Sequence record: OL770074.2
Direction: 5' to 3' (one strand)
Length of the DNA stretch: 64,000 nucleotides
DNA from: Escherichia phage vB_EcoM-RPN187
Both the position numbers and the translations under genes were made by a program. Positions 28,533 through 42,713 of this stretch are shown here, piece by piece. Below the pieces are notes generated by a model that had not been told where the DNA came from, searched no databases, and saw only the letters and a program-made list of their open reading frames with translations. Position 1 is the stretch's first letter. Each line of letters starts with the position of its first letter.

Positions 28533-30112
28533 GTAATAACAATACATACCAACACGTTTCAAACAAATCCATTTACGTTGAATTCGACCCCGTAGGGTCG
28601 AATTTTCCAGATACAGTCACTAATGTCCAAGCCGCATTAGCTGCTATTTCTCCTTCAGGTGTTAATGGCGTACCGGAAGCAACAACTACTACACCAGGAA
28701 TTATTCAAATAGCTACTCCACAAGAAGTTATTGATGGATTAGATAATAGTAAAGCTGTTACTCCGGCAACACTGAATGCTCGTCTACAATATCCTAATGC
28801 AACCGAAACTCAATACGGCTTAACTCGTTATGCTACTGAAGATGAAGCAGTAACCGGAGCTATTGACGATGCATCAATTACTCCGCTTAAATTGAATCAA
28901 AAAATAGACAATGTATTTCAGACAAAAGTGTCAACAGAAGCAACAAATGGTGTAATTAAAATTTCAACTTCTGCCGCGGCATTAGCTGGTTCTGACGATA
29001 CAACGGCAATGACTCCGTTAAAAACGCAACAATTAGCAATTAAACTTATTTCGCAAATTGCTCCAAATAATAGTGACGCCACCGAATCTATTACAGGTGT
29101 TGTTCGTTTGGCTACAGTTGCTCAAGCACAGCAAGGCACCCTGCGTGAAGGATATGCAATTTCACCTTATACCTTTATGAATTCAGTAGCGTCAGAAACT
29201 AATAAAGGTGTCGTTAAACTAGGGACACAGACTGAAGTAAATAGTAACAACTCTTCAGTTGTAGTGACCGGTGCAACATTAAACGGGCGTGGGGCTACAA
29301 CTTCTTTACGTGGAGTTGTTCGTTTAACTACACAAGCTGGTAGTCAATCAGGTGGTGATGGTTCTTCTGCCCTTGCTTGGAATGCTGATGTTATCCACCA
29401 ACGAGGTGGACAAACTATTAACGGCACGCTTCGCATTAATAATACGTTGACGGTTGGTTCTGGTGGAGCTAATATAACTGGTAATGTCAATATGACAGGT
29501 GGTTATATTCAAGGCAATCGTATTGTGACTCAAAATGAATTAGACCGAATTCTTCCAGTTGGCGCTATTACAATGTGGGCTGCGGATAGTTTACCGAGTT
29601 CTGACTGGCGCTTCTGTCACGGTGGGACTGTTTCTGCTTCAGAATGTCCGGTATATGCTTCCAGAATTGGGACACGATATGGTGGTAGTTCTTCTAACCC
29701 GGGCTTGCCTGATATGCGTGGATTATTTGTTCGCGGCTCAGGTCGTGGTACCCATTTAACTAACCCTAATGTTAATGGTAATGACCAATTCGGTAAGCCT
29801 CGTCTGGCGGTAGGTTGTACCGGTGGATATGTTGGTGAAGTGCAAAAACAACAGATGTCATATCATAAGCATGCTGGTGGTTTTGGCGAGCATGACGATT
29901 CCGGTGCATTTGGTAATACTCGTCGTTCAAACTTTGTTGGTACTCGTAAAGGACTTGACTGGGATAACCGTTCGTATTTTACTAACGAGGGATATGAAAT
30001 TGATCCAGCGTCTCAGCGTAACTCTAAATATACCATGAATCGTCCAGAATTAATTGGAAATGAAACTCGCCCATGGAATATTTCTTTAAACTATATCATT
30101 AAGGTAAAATAA
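28529..30112 (+). CDS. 12: short tail fibre protein gp12
   Basis: 527 aa as T4 gp12; repetitive beta-rich sequence. Confidence 0.9.
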   Translation: MSNNNTYQHVSNKSIYVEFDPVGSNFPDTVTNVQAALAAISPSGVNGVPEATTTTPGIIQIATPQEVIDGLDNSKAVTPATLNARLQYPNATETQYGLTRYATEDEAVTGAIDDASITPLKLNQKIDNVFQTKVSTEATNGVIKISTSAAALAGSDDTTAMTPLKTQQLAIKLISQIAPNNSDATESITGVVRLATVAQAQQGTLREGYAISPYTFMNSVASETNKGVVKLGTQTEVNSNNSSVVVTGATLNGRGATTSLRGVVRLTTQAGSQSGGDGSSALAWNADVIHQRGGQTINGTLRINNTLTVGSGGANITGNVNMTGGYIQGNRIVTQNELDRILPVGAITMWAADSLPSSDWRFCHGGTVSASECPVYASRIGTRYGGSSSNPGLPDMRGLFVRGSGRGTHLTNPNVNGNDQFGKPRLAVGCTGGYVGEVQKQQMSYHKHAGGFGEHDDSGAFGNTRRSNFVGTRKGLDWDNRSYFTNEGYEIDPASQRNSKYTMNRPELIGNETRPWNISLNYIIKVK

Positions 30113-31560
30113 TGACTGATATAACTCTGGTAGATTTACCATATGTTGACGGCCCACCAGACGCGGGTCAGAGTCGTATTGAATGGATTAAAAACGATGA
30201 AGAAATAACAGGTGCTGACACAAAATACGGTTCTGAAGGTGTAATGAACCGTCCTATTGTTGAAGTTCAACGTAACGTAGAAGCGTTAGATGTTAATATT
30301 AAAACTATAGCATCTTCTCTGAATACAGCCAATGAAGATATCAAAGTTATTCAAGGTATTTTAGATGTTTCTGGGGATGTTGATGCTCTTGCACAGATAG
30401 GCCAGAACACCCAAGATATCGATGTCATTAAAGTCACAGTTCAAACCCATGCTAGTGAATTGAATGATTTGAATGAACATATTGATGCGAATACTGATGA
30501 TATTGGTGTTTATAATCAGGAAACAGATTCAGTTTATAGAACTGTTCGTAACGACCTGCTTTGGATTAAAAATGAATTAGGACAATATACGGGTCAAGAT
30601 ATTAACGGGGTTCCTACTCCAGGAAATGATAGCACCGGTATGAAACGCCGTATTATGACTAATAGCTCCGTGATTGTTGACCACGGTGTTCGATTAACTG
30701 ATTTAGAAACTAAATTTGCTGATTCTGACGTCGGCTCTTTAACTAATGAAGTCGAACACTTACGCGAAGAAATGGGACCTCGCACTTCTTTCACTACTCC
30801 AGTATTTAGTCGTCTTTCCGGTATTGATTTAACTTTGTCGCGTCAAAATGCTGACTTGGATGGCATTAAACAGTCTATTGGGTATCCTAATACGACTTCT
30901 ATTATTACCACAACTAATGCGAATAGTTCAGCAATAAATGACATTAATCTTGAGCTCAATCAATCGGGCGGTATTAAACCTCGTTTGACTACAGTAGAAA
31001 CTGCCATTGGCTCTGATGATTTGCCTACTACAATCCAAGGACGTATTAAACTCAATACTGATGCTATCGGAGCATTGAACACTGTTGTCGGCTCTGATTC
31101 TTCGTCAGGATTGCGTTTTAATGTGTCATGGTTAAATAACGTAGTTGGTGTTGACGCTTCAGGTGGGAAACCGGAACCAGACGGCTCTTTGCTTTATCGT
31201 ACTCGAGTGCTTGAAGGATCTATCAGTGAGATGAGTAATGACATTCAGAACGTTCAAACTGATGTTGGGACTAATACCACAGGAATTAAGGGTTCTGTAA
31301 ACACATTAAATACTCTTATAAACGGCACCAACCCAAATGGTTCGACTGTTGAAGAACGTGGTATATTGCCTACAGTTAAAAGTCATGATACGACAATTAA
31401 TGGTTTAACTTCTAGAATTGCTACTCTTGAAACTGATTTGGCCGCTGCAGAAGCTGAAATCCAAACTCTTAAGGACGCTGGATATATTGAAGATGCTCCT
31501 TCAGACGGTAAATTCTATGTTCGCAAAGACGGTGCATGGGTTGAACTTCCTACAGCTTAA
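30112..31560 (+). CDS. wac: fibritin (neck whiskers)
   Basis: 482 aa; coiled-coil segments; C-terminal foldon-like GYIEDAPSDGKFYVRKDGAWVELPTA. Confidence 0.9.
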   Translation: MTDITLVDLPYVDGPPDAGQSRIEWIKNDEEITGADTKYGSEGVMNRPIVEVQRNVEALDVNIKTIASSLNTANEDIKVIQGILDVSGDVDALAQIGQNTQDIDVIKVTVQTHASELNDLNEHIDANTDDIGVYNQETDSVYRTVRNDLLWIKNELGQYTGQDINGVPTPGNDSTGMKRRIMTNSSVIVDHGVRLTDLETKFADSDVGSLTNEVEHLREEMGPRTSFTTPVFSRLSGIDLTLSRQNADLDGIKQSIGYPNTTSIITTTNANSSAINDINLELNQSGGIKPRLTTVETAIGSDDLPTTIQGRIKLNTDAIGALNTVVGSDSSSGLRFNVSWLNNVVGVDASGGKPEPDGSLLYRTRVLEGSISEMSNDIQNVQTDVGTNTTGIKGSVNTLNTLINGTNPNGSTVEERGILPTVKSHDTTINGLTSRIATLETDLAAAEAEIQTLKDAGYIEDAPSDGKFYVRKDGAWVELPTA

Positions 31561-31592
31561 TGAAAAGGGCCTTCGGGCCCTAAAGGATTTAT

Positions 31593-32519
31593 ATGTCAGG
31601 TTATAATGCACAAAACCCTAAAGAATTAAAGGACGTAATATTACGTCGTTTAGGCGCTCCTATTGTAAATGTTGAATTAACTACAGATCAAATTTATGAT
31701 TGTATTTCACGAGCGTTAGAACTTTATGGCGAATACCATTTTGACGGGTTGAATAAAGGTTTCCATGTATTTTTTGTTGATGACGAAGAAAAATACCGTC
31801 ACGGCGTATTTGATATGCGTGGTTCTAACGTATTTGCTGTAACAAGAATTATAAGAACAAACGTTGGCTCTATTACTTCAATGGATGGTAATGCAACTTA
31901 TCCATGGTTCACTGATTTCCTTTTAGGAATGGCAGGTGTTTCAGGTGGTATGGGTAGTAATTGCGGTAAATTCTACGGCCCGAACGCTTTTGGCGCTGAT
32001 CTCGGGTATTATTCTCAATTAGTATCTTATATGGGTATGCTTCAAGATATGATTGCTCCTCTTCCAGATTTTTGGTTTAACTCTGCAAACGAGCAATTAA
32101 AAGTAATGGGTAACTTTAGACAGAAAGATGTAATTATCGTTGAATCGTATGTTCGCTCTTATATCGAGACCCATAAGATGGTAGGAAATACAGTAGGGTA
32201 CGGTCAAGTAGGTCCTCGTGATTCATGGTCTATTTCTGAACGTTATGATAATCCAGACCATAATTTGGTCGGACGTCGAGTTGGTGAAGATCCTGCAACT
32301 AAACAAGGCGCATATAACAACCGCTGGGTTAAAGATTATGCAACTGCATTAGCTAAAGAGCTTAATGGACAAATTCTTGCTAAACATCAAGGTATGATGT
32401 TACCGGGTGGCGTCACTGTTGACGGTGTTCGATTAATTGAAGAAGCTCGTTTAGAGAAAGAAGCTTTACGAGAAGAGTTATATTTACTGGACCCTCCTGC
32501 AGGTATTTTGGTAGGTTAA
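31593..32519 (+). CDS. 13: neck protein gp13
   Basis: 308 aa (T4 309); synteny. Confidence 0.9.
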   Translation: MSGYNAQNPKELKDVILRRLGAPIVNVELTTDQIYDCISRALELYGEYHFDGLNKGFHVFFVDDEEKYRHGVFDMRGSNVFAVTRIIRTNVGSITSMDGNATYPWFTDFLLGMAGVSGGMGSNCGKFYGPNAFGADLGYYSQLVSYMGMLQDMIAPLPDFWFNSANEQLKVMGNFRQKDVIIVESYVRSYIETHKMVGNTVGYGQVGPRDSWSISERYDNPDHNLVGRRVGEDPATKQGAYNNRWVKDYATALAKELNGQILAKHQGMMLPGGVTVDGVRLIEEARLEKEALREELYLLDPPAGILVG

Positions 32520-32520
32520 T

Positions 32521-33156
32521 ATGGCAACATACTACAGATTGTATATTACAACATTTGAAACATCCACCGGTATAAAGATTTATGGTGGTAAACACAAATC
32601 AGTTTACGAAGACCCTTCAAAAGACCCTTATACTGGGTCTGGTACCTTTATACGAAGGGCCAAAAGAAAATACGGTCCGTCTTGTATAAAAGAAATTATA
32701 TGGTCTAAGCCATTTGAATCTAAAGCTCTAATGGATGAAGCTGAAGAGTTACTGGTAGATGAATTATCCATTTTAGAAAATTGCGCAAATCTTGTTAAAG
32801 GTGGTGCAGGCGGAAGGTCGTATATTAACCCAGAAGATAATCCATCTATAGGACAAAAACGTTCAGCCCAATCTAAAAAGAAAATGTCTGACGCCGCAAA
32901 ATCAAGAAAATGGACTGAAGAAGGGTTAAGAAAACGTAAAGAATCTACAGCAAGAATGTGGAAAGATTTCAAACATAGACATCCTGATTTTTCTGGTTCA
33001 AAGAATCCAGCAGCTCGAAAAGTTAGTGTAAATGGTAAAATATTTAACACCTGCAAAGAATGTGGTGAAGAATTTAATATCACATCAAGCGCGGTTATAG
33101 GCCGATGCAAAAACAACAAACCTAAATGGGCAGGATGGAATTATGTCGACGTATAA
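32521..33156 (+). CDS. free-standing GIY-YIG (Seg/I-TevI-like) homing endonuclease inserted between genes 13 and 14
   Basis: N-terminus [19 protein letters not shown] has GIY-(11 aa)-YIG-like spacing; Lys-rich NUMOD-like linker; C-terminus [38 protein letters not shown] resembles the I-TevI C-terminal DNA-binding domain (memory). T4 has no gene here. Confidence 0.6.
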   Translation: MATYYRLYITTFETSTGIKIYGGKHKSVYEDPSKDPYTGSGTFIRRAKRKYGPSCIKEIIWSKPFESKALMDEAEELLVDELSILENCANLVKGGAGGRSYINPEDNPSIGQKRSAQSKKKMSDAAKSRKWTEEGLRKRKESTARMWKDFKHRHPDFSGSKNPAARKVSVNGKIFNTCKECGEEFNITSSAVIGRCKNNKPKWAGWNYVDV

Positions 33157-33907
33157 TTCAAATTTATTTGCAAAGTTAGAAAACCGAGAAGGCTATTCTA
33201 AAACTAATGAAACCGAGATTTTAAACAAATACGTGAACTTTAACAAATACGAAAATAGTCAGACATTAGCCGATGTTCTAGTGGCAGAAAGCATACAGAT
33301 GCGCGGTATTGAATGTTTTTATGTTCCACGTGAATATGTTGCCGTGGACCTTATCTTTGGTGAGGACCTTAAAAATAAATTTACTAAAGCATGGAAATTT
33401 GCTGCATATCTGAACTCTTTTGAAGGTTATGAAGGAGCGAAATCGTTCTTCAGCAACTTCGGAATGCAAGTTCAAGACGAAGTTACATTATCTATTAACC
33501 CAGGTCTTTTCAAACACCAGGTCAACAATCAGGAGCCCAAGGAAGGTGATTTAATATACTTCCCAATGGATAACAGTTTGTTTGAGATTAACTGGGTTGA
33601 ACCATATGACCCATTCTATCAAGTAGGTAAAAATGCGATTCGTAAAATTACTGCAGGCAAGTTTATTTACTCTGGCGAAGAAATCAATCCGGTGCTTCAG
33701 AAAAATGAAGGTATCAATATACCTGAATTTAGTGACTTGGAACTTAACCCTGTTAGAAATCTTGACGGTATCCATGACATTAATATCGATGAATATTCTG
33801 AAGTTGAGCAAATCAATTCAGAGGCAAGTGAATACGTTGAGCCGTATGTAGTAGTTAACAACCGTGGTAGACAAAATTCACCATTTGACGATGGGTTTAT
33901 GAATTAA
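33143..33907 (+). CDS. 14: neck protein gp14
   Basis: 254 aa (T4 256); overlaps the 3' end of the endonuclease gene by 14 nt. Confidence 0.9.
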   Translation: MSTYNSNLFAKLENREGYSKTNETEILNKYVNFNKYENSQTLADVLVAESIQMRGIECFYVPREYVAVDLIFGEDLKNKFTKAWKFAAYLNSFEGYEGAKSFFSNFGMQVQDEVTLSINPGLFKHQVNNQEPKEGDLIYFPMDNSLFEINWVEPYDPFYQVGKNAIRKITAGKFIYSGEEINPVLQKNEGINIPEFSDLELNPVRNLDGIHDINIDEYSEVEQINSEASEYVEPYVVVNNRGRQNSPFDDGFMN

Positions 33908-33956
33908 TAAATAGATAAGATAAAGCAAACACCGGTCGAAAGGCCGGTTAGGAGAA

Positions 33957-34781
33957 ATGATGTTTGGTTATTTTTACAACTCGTCGTTCAGGCGATATAT
34001 CACAATGATGGGCGATTTGTTTTCAAATATCCAAGTTAACCGTCAATTGTCTACAGGCAATAAATTAATTAGAGTTCCTATTACGTATGCATCTAAAGAG
34101 CACTTTATGATGAAACTTAATAAATGGACCTCTATAAACTCACAAGAAGATGTGGCTAAAGTCGAAACTATTCTACCACGTATAAATCTCCAAATGGTAG
34201 ATTTCGTTTATAACCCAACGTTTAAAACGAATATATTGAATAACTCTCTTTTGAGTAAATCGACTAAGGATATTGTAGACCAATACAACCCATCACCAAT
34301 TAAAATGATTTTTGAACTGAGCATCTTTACTCGTTATGAAGATGATATGTTCCAAATCGTTGAGCAAATTATTCCATATTTTCAGCCGCATTTTAATACG
34401 ACTATGATTGAGCAATATGGGCAGGATATTCCATTTGAAAGGGATATTAAAGTCGTATGGATGTCAGCAGCAATGGATGAACAAATAGACGGTGATAATT
34501 TATCCCGTCGACGTTTAGAGTGGTCATTAACATTTGAAGTAAATGGATGGATGTATCCTCCGGTAGGCGCAGCAGAAGGCCTTATTAAAACGACTTATCT
34601 TGATTTTCATGCTAATGAACGAGACCTTCAAACAGCCGCCAGCGTTTTTGAATCAGTTGATACAGAAATTAAACCGAGAGAAGTTGAAGCACAAGATTGG
34701 AATGGCGAAGTTGAACAAACTTATACTCATGATATTCCAATCCCGACTCCACCAACCCCTCCTGGTCCTAGAAAACAATAA
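33957..34781 (+). CDS. 15: tail sheath stabiliser/completion protein gp15
   Basis: M-MFGYFYNSSFRRY...ITYASKEHFMMKLNKWTSINSQEDVAKVETILPRINL matches T4 gp15 (memory). Confidence 0.9.
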   Translation: MMFGYFYNSSFRRYITMMGDLFSNIQVNRQLSTGNKLIRVPITYASKEHFMMKLNKWTSINSQEDVAKVETILPRINLQMVDFVYNPTFKTNILNNSLLSKSTKDIVDQYNPSPIKMIFELSIFTRYEDDMFQIVEQIIPYFQPHFNTTMIEQYGQDIPFERDIKVVWMSAAMDEQIDGDNLSRRRLEWSLTFEVNGWMYPPVGAAEGLIKTTYLDFHANERDLQTAASVFESVDTEIKPREVEAQDWNGEVEQTYTHDIPIPTPPTPPGPRKQ

Positions 34782-37107
<2,326 letters not shown>

Positions 37108-37134
37108 AAATAAAGCAAATTAAGAGGAATTAAA

Positions 37135-39117
37135 ATGGCACTTCTCTCTCCGGGCGTTGAGCTCAAAGAAACTACCGTACAGAGTACTGTAGTTAATAAC
37201 TCCACTGGTACTGCTGCCCTGGCTGGAAAATTCCAATGGGGACCTGCATTCCAGATTAAACAAATCACTGATGAAGTTGCATTGGTTGATATGTTTGGTA
37301 CTCCTAATACGGATACAGCAGATTATTTCATGTCTGCTATGAACTTCCTTCAATATGGTAATGACCTTCGTGTTGTACGCGCAGTTGATCGTGATACCGC
37401 TAAGAACTCATCTCCTGTAGCAGGCAATATTGAATTCACAATCTCTGCTACTGGTAGTAACTATGCAGTTGGTGATAAAATTATCGTTAAGTATTTGACC
37501 GAAACTGTTGAAGCAGATGGTTATGTCACTTCAGTTGATGTCGATGGTAAAATTCTTAACATTTATATCCCAACCGGTAAAATTATTGCTCGTGCAAAAG
37601 AAATTAATGAATATCCGACATTGGGTTCTAATTGGACCGCCGAAGTTGCCAGTTCTTCTTCTGGACTTTCTGGCGTTATTACAATTGGTTCTATCGTAAC
37701 CGATTCGGGTATTCTGTTAACTGAAGTTGAAACTTCTGAAGAAGCTATTACTTCTCTAACTTTCCAAGAATCTATTAAAAAATATGGTGTCCCAGGCGTA
37801 GTTGCTCTTTATCCTGGTGAACTTGGCGACCAGCTCGAAATTGAAATCGTATCTAAAGCAGACTATGACAAAGGTGCTTCAGCCCAGTTAAAAATTTATC
37901 CTGATGGTGGTACTCGTGCATCTACTGCTAAAGCAATCTTTGGATATGGCCCACAAACTGATGACCAATATGCAATTATCGTTCGTCGTAACGATGCTGT
38001 AGTTCAGAGCGTAATTCTTTCTACTAAACGCGGTGAACGCGATATTTATGGTAGTAATATCTTTATTGATGATTTCTTTGCTAAAGGCGCAAGCAATTAT
38101 ATTTTCGCTACTGCACAAGGTTGGCCAAAAGGTTTCTCTGGCGTAATCAAACTGGGTGGCGGCTTATCATCTAATGAAACGGTTGACGCTGGTGATTTAA
38201 TGGAAGCTTGGGATTTGTTTGCTGACCGTGAATCTGTTAATGCGCAGTTGTTTATTGCCGGTTCTTGTGCAGGTGAATCTTTAGAAGTTGCTTCTACAGT
38301 TCAGAAACATGTTGTAGCAATTGGTGATTCTCGCCAAGATTGTTTGGTTCTTTGCTCGCCGCCACGTGCAACTATAGTTGGTATTCCTGTTAATCGTGCA
38401 GTTGATAATCTGGTTGATTGGCGTACTGCGTCAGGAACTTACACTGATAATAACTTTAATATAAGTTCTACTTATGCTGCTATTGACGGTAACTATAAAT
38501 ATCAATATGACAAATATAATGACGTGAATCGTTGGGTTCCATTAGCTGCTGATATTGCTGGTCTTTGTGCTCGCACAGACAATATTTCTCAGCCTTGGAT
38601 GTCTCCCGCCGGTTATAACCGTGGACAAATTCTTAACGTTATTAAGCTTGCAATTGAAACTCGCCAACCACAGCGTGATCGTTTGTATCAGGAAGCTATT
38701 AACCCTGTTACTGGTACCGGCGGTGATGGGTATGTTCTGTATGGTGATAAAACTGCCACTTCTGTTCCTTCACCATTTGACCGTATTAACGTTCGTCGTT
38801 TGTTCAATATGGTTAAAACGAACATTGGTTCAGCATCTAAATATCGCCTGTTTGAATTGAACAACGCATTTACCCGTTCTTCTTTCCGTACAGAGACTTC
38901 TCAATATCTACAGGGTATTAAAGCTCTTGGTGGTGTATATAACTTTAAAGTTGTTTGTGATACTACCAATAACACCCCAGCAGTTATCGACCGTAATGAA
39001 TTTGTAGCTACTTTCTACTTACAACCTGCCCGCTCGATAAATTATATTACGTTGAACTTTGTAGCAACAGCAACTGGTGCCGATTTCGACGAACTAATTG
39101 GTACTGTAAGTGGCTAA
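37135..39117 (+). CDS. 18: tail sheath protein gp18
   Basis: 660 aa (T4 659); MALLSPGVELKETTVQ... matches T4 gp18. Confidence 0.95.
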   Translation: MALLSPGVELKETTVQSTVVNNSTGTAALAGKFQWGPAFQIKQITDEVALVDMFGTPNTDTADYFMSAMNFLQYGNDLRVVRAVDRDTAKNSSPVAGNIEFTISATGSNYAVGDKIIVKYLTETVEADGYVTSVDVDGKILNIYIPTGKIIARAKEINEYPTLGSNWTAEVASSSSGLSGVITIGSIVTDSGILLTEVETSEEAITSLTFQESIKKYGVPGVVALYPGELGDQLEIEIVSKADYDKGASAQLKIYPDGGTRASTAKAIFGYGPQTDDQYAIIVRRNDAVVQSVILSTKRGERDIYGSNIFIDDFFAKGASNYIFATAQGWPKGFSGVIKLGGGLSSNETVDAGDLMEAWDLFADRESVNAQLFIAGSCAGESLEVASTVQKHVVAIGDSRQDCLVLCSPPRATIVGIPVNRAVDNLVDWRTASGTYTDNNFNISSTYAAIDGNYKYQYDKYNDVNRWVPLAADIAGLCARTDNISQPWMSPAGYNRGQILNVIKLAIETRQPQRDRLYQEAINPVTGTGGDGYVLYGDKTATSVPSPFDRINVRRLFNMVKTNIGSASKYRLFELNNAFTRSSFRTETSQYLQGIKALGGVYNFKVVCDTTNNTPAVIDRNEFVATFYLQPARSINYITLNFVATATGADFDELIGTVSG

Positions 39118-39149
39118 TAAGACGCCTGATGGGCTATTTCGGTAGCCCA

Positions 39150-39157
39150 TATAAATA
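39150..39157 (+). promoter_or_regulatory. late promoter TATAAATA for gene 19, preceded by hairpin
   Basis: Exact TATAAATA directly after hairpin atgggcta-tttcgg-tagcccat (39129-39150). Confidence 0.55.
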
Positions 39158-39230
39158 TAACTATATCGTTTAAAAATTAATTCTATGGGCATCTGGTTAA
39201 TCCTAAGCCCATATTACTACAGAGGCTAAT

Positions 39231-39722
39231 ATGTTTGTAGATGACGTAACTCGTGCCTTCGAATCAGGTGATTTCGCTCGCCCTAACCTGTTCGAAGTAG
39301 AAATCTCTTATCTTGGGCAAAACTTTAGCTTCCAGTGTCGTGCTACGGCTCTTCCTGCTGCGATCGTTGAAAAGGTTCCTGTTTCTTATATGAACCGTAA
39401 AATTAACGTGGCCGGTGATCGTACATTCGATGATTGGACTATTACAGTAATGAACGATGATGCTCATAGCATTCGTCAGAAATTTGTTGATTGGCAAGGT
39501 ATTGCAGCAGGACAAGGTAATGAAATTACCGGTGGTAAACCTGCTGAATATAAAAAGACCGCTATCGTTCGTCAATTTGCTCGTGATGCTAAAACGGTCA
39601 CTAAAGAAGTTGAAATTGTTGGCTTGTGGCCTACTAACGTTGGTGAAGTATCTCTTGACTGGGACAGCAATAACGAGATTGAAACGTTCGAAGTAACTCT
39701 TGCTCTTGATTGGTGGGAATAA
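39231..39722 (+). CDS. 19: tail tube protein gp19
   Basis: 163 aa as T4 gp19. Confidence 0.95.
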   Translation: MFVDDVTRAFESGDFARPNLFEVEISYLGQNFSFQCRATALPAAIVEKVPVSYMNRKINVAGDRTFDDWTITVMNDDAHSIRQKFVDWQGIAAGQGNEITGGKPAEYKKTAIVRQFARDAKTVTKEVEIVGLWPTNVGEVSLDWDSNNEIETFEVTLALDWWE

Positions 39723-39770
39723 TCTGGTTGGGGAGAAATCCCCAGCTTCCCGTGATGACGGAGAAGTCCA

Positions 39771-39778
39771 TATAAATA
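39771..39778 (+). promoter_or_regulatory. late promoter TATAAATA for gene 20, preceded by hairpin
   Basis: Exact TATAAATA; same 16-mer tataaatataactata as at 39150; hairpin ggggagaaatcccc at 39730-39743. Confidence 0.55.
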
Positions 39779-39806
39779 TAACTATAATTCCCATTCGGAG
39801 AATACA

Positions 39807-41378
39807 ATGAAATTTAATATCTTAAGTTTGTTTGCTCCATGGGCAAAAATGGACGAACGTGATTACAAAGACCAAGAAAAAGAAAATTTAGAATCTATCA
39901 CCGCACCAAAATTGGACGACGGCGCTAAAGAATATGAAGTATCTGAAAATGAAGCACAGCAAACATATAATGCTATGTTTCAGAGAATGTTCGGTAGTCA
40001 AGAACCAGGGCTCAAATCAACCCGTGAATTAATCGATACGTATCGAAATTTGATGACGAACTATGAAGTGGATAACGCGGTCTCTGAAATAGTTTCCGAT
40101 GCTATCGTGTATGAAGATGATACAGAAGTCGTTTCTATAAATTTAGACAACACAAAATTTAGTCCAAATATCAAATCAATGATGTTGGATGAATTTAATG
40201 AAGTGTTAAATCATTTATCTTTCCAACGTAAAGGTTCAGATCATTTTAGACGTTGGTATGTGGATTCTCGAATTTTCTTCCATAAAATTATTGACCCTAA
40301 ACGCCCTAAAGAAGGTATTAAAGAGCTTCGTCGTTTAGACCCACGTCAAGTTCAATATGTCCGTGAAGTTATTACAACCACTGAAGCCGGTGTTAAAATA
40401 GTCAAGGGTTATAAAGAATATTTCATTTATGACACATCACACGAATCTTATGCTTGTGATGGTCGCATATATGAAGCCGGCACAAAAATAAAAATCCCTA
40501 AAGCCGCGATTGTTTATGCCCATTCTGGTTTAGTTGATTGTTGTGGTAAAAATATCATTGGTTATTTGCATCGGGCTATTAAGCCGGCGAACCAATTAAA
40601 ACTTCTTGAAGATGCCGTCGTAATTTATCGTATTACTCGTGCTCCTGATCGTCGTGTATGGTATGTTGATACAGGTAATATGCCTTCAAGAAAAGCAGCC
40701 GAACATATGCAACATGTTATGAATACGATGAAAAACCGTATTGCGTATGATGCTACTACAGGCAAGATTAAAAACCAGCAGCATATTATGTCGATGACCG
40801 AAGATTATTGGTTACAACGACGTGATGGTAAAGCGGTAACAGAAGTTGACACATTACCAGGTGCAGATAATACTGGAAATATGGAAGATGTACGTTGGTT
40901 CCGTAATGCGCTTTATATGGCTTTACGTATTCCTATTACCCGTATTCCAAGTGACCAAGGTGGTATACAGTTTGATGCTGGTACTTCTATTACACGAGAT
41001 GAATTGACATTTGGTAAATTTATTCGTGAGCTGCAACATAAATTTGAAGAGATATTCCTAGACCCGCTTAAAACTAATTTAATTCTTAAAGGAATTATTA
41101 CAGAAGATGAGTGGAATGATGAAATAAATAATATTAAGATAAAATTTCATCGGGATAGTTATTTCTCGGAATTAAAGGATGCTGAGATTCTGGAGCGTCG
41201 CATTAATATGCTTCAGATGGCCGAACCATTTATTGGTAAATATATTTCTCACAGAACAGCTATGAAAGATATTCTTCAGATGTCTGACGAGGAAATTGAA
41301 CAAGAGGCTAAGCAAATTGAAGAAGAGTCGAAAGAGGCTCGTTTCCAAGACCCCGACCAAGAACAAGAGGATTTTTAA
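39807..41378 (+). CDS. 20: portal vertex protein gp20
   Basis: 523 aa (T4 524); synteny. Confidence 0.95.
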   Translation: MKFNILSLFAPWAKMDERDYKDQEKENLESITAPKLDDGAKEYEVSENEAQQTYNAMFQRMFGSQEPGLKSTRELIDTYRNLMTNYEVDNAVSEIVSDAIVYEDDTEVVSINLDNTKFSPNIKSMMLDEFNEVLNHLSFQRKGSDHFRRWYVDSRIFFHKIIDPKRPKEGIKELRRLDPRQVQYVREVITTTEAGVKIVKGYKEYFIYDTSHESYACDGRIYEAGTKIKIPKAAIVYAHSGLVDCCGKNIIGYLHRAIKPANQLKLLEDAVVIYRITRAPDRRVWYVDTGNMPSRKAAEHMQHVMNTMKNRIAYDATTGKIKNQQHIMSMTEDYWLQRRDGKAVTEVDTLPGADNTGNMEDVRWFRNALYMALRIPITRIPSDQGGIQFDAGTSITRDELTFGKFIRELQHKFEEIFLDPLKTNLILKGIITEDEWNDEINNIKIKFHRDSYFSELKDAEILERRINMLQMAEPFIGKYISHRTAMKDILQMSDEEIEQEAKQIEEESKEARFQDPDQEQEDF

Positions 41379-41608
41379 TGGACGATTTAATTCAAGCTAT
41401 TAAATCAAACGACCTCGTTGCTACTCGAAAGTTTTTTGAAAGTGCAATGGCAGAAAAAACGGTTCGTTTGATTGAAGCACGCAAAGCAGAAATCGCTTCT
41501 CAATTTTTGATTGAAGGCGAAGAACCCGAAGAAGAAGAGAAAGCTTCGGAAGACGACGCTGATGAAGGCGATGACGACGAAGACGAAGATGATGAGGACG
41601 ATGAATAA
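41378..41608 (+). CDS. 67: prohead core protein gp67
   Basis: 76 aa with highly acidic C-terminal tail ([18 protein letters not shown]) as in T4 gp67. Confidence 0.85.
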   Translation: MDDLIQAIKSNDLVATRKFFESAMAEKTVRLIEARKAEIASQFLIEGEEPEEEEKASEDDADEGDDDEDEDDEDDE

Positions 41609-42033
41609 TGTATCTTATCCCTGAATCTTATGAATTGGTACTCGAAAATGTCGAAGCACTTATTCCTGAAGCACAGGGCCGAATCGATGCATTGTCTTCT
41701 GCTCTCGATATTGACGATATAAATACTATTATCGAGAACATGCTTGAAACTGAAACGGATTTAGCTGTTGCAATGGCTTCCATTATTAATGAAGAACAGT
41801 TAAATGAGTTTATCGTTAAACATGTTTCTTCTCGTGGTGAAGTCACTCGCACTAAAGACCGTAAAACTCGTGAACGTAACGCGTTCCAAACAACTGGTCT
41901 TTCTAAAGCAAAACGTAGACAAATCGCTCGTAAGGTCGTTAAAGCTAAAAAAGCTAACCCTTCAGGCCAAGTTAAAGGCTTGCGTAAGCGTAAAAAAGCT
42001 CTTAAACGTCGTAAAGCATTAGGATTAAGCTAA
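41608..42033 (+). CDS. 68: prohead core protein gp68
   Basis: 141 aa as T4 gp68; basic C-terminus. Confidence 0.85.
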   Translation: MYLIPESYELVLENVEALIPEAQGRIDALSSALDIDDINTIIENMLETETDLAVAMASIINEEQLNEFIVKHVSSRGEVTRTKDRKTRERNAFQTTGLSKAKRRQIARKVVKAKKANPSGQVKGLRKRKKALKRRKALGLS

Positions 42034-42680
42034 TGAATAAACCCGAGTTACTTATTGAAACTTGGGGTCAACCCGGTGAGATTATTGATGGCGTTCCAAT
42101 GTTGGAATCTCATGATGGAAAAGATTCTGGCTTAAAACCAGGGCTTTATATAGAAGGTATTTTTCTTCAGGCAGAGGTTGTTAACCGAAATAAACGTTTA
42201 TATCCTAAACGCGTTTTGGAAAAAGCAGTAAGTGACTATATTAAAGAACAAGTCGAAACCAAACAAGCCCTTGGAGAATTAAACCATCCACCTCGTGCAA
42301 ATGTTGACCCCATGCAAGCCGCTATCATTATTGAAGATATGTGGTGGAAAGGAAACGATGTATACGGACGTGCTAGAATTATTGAAGGCGACCATGGTCC
42401 CGGTGATAAATTAGCTGCTAATATACGAGCTGGTTGGATTCCAGGTGTTTCCTCTCGTGGTCTTGGTTCTTTAACCGACACCAATAAAGGGTACCGTATC
42501 GTGAACGAAGGATTTAAATTAACCGTCGGCGTAGATGCCGTATGGGGACCTTCTGCTCCAGATGCTTGGGTTACTCCTAAACAAATATCAGAATCAGAAT
42601 CAGAAAATTCGGTGGAAACCACCAAAAACAGTGCTGATGAAGCATTTAAAGCTCTCGCAGAGAGTTTAAAAGCATTATAA
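42033..42680 (+). CDS. 21: prohead core protease gp21
   Basis: 215 aa (T4 212); synteny between 68 and 22. Confidence 0.9.
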   Translation: MNKPELLIETWGQPGEIIDGVPMLESHDGKDSGLKPGLYIEGIFLQAEVVNRNKRLYPKRVLEKAVSDYIKEQVETKQALGELNHPPRANVDPMQAAIIIEDMWWKGNDVYGRARIIEGDHGPGDKLAANIRAGWIPGVSSRGLGSLTDTNKGYRIVNEGFKLTVGVDAVWGPSAPDAWVTPKQISESESENSVETTKNSADEAFKALAESLKAL

Positions 42681-42713
42681 ATAATAATGTAATCTAAACC
42701 ACAGGACACTAAA

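Noticed and set aside
32628-33119. 163-aa minus-strand ORF inside the homing endonuclease gene
   Set aside because: Antisense to the GIY-YIG gene, which has recognisable domain motifs; no independent support.
41521-41608. Acidic Asp/Glu-rich repeat at the gene 67 C-terminus
   Set aside because: Could look like a coding repeat expansion, but it is the known acidic tail of the prohead core protein gp67.
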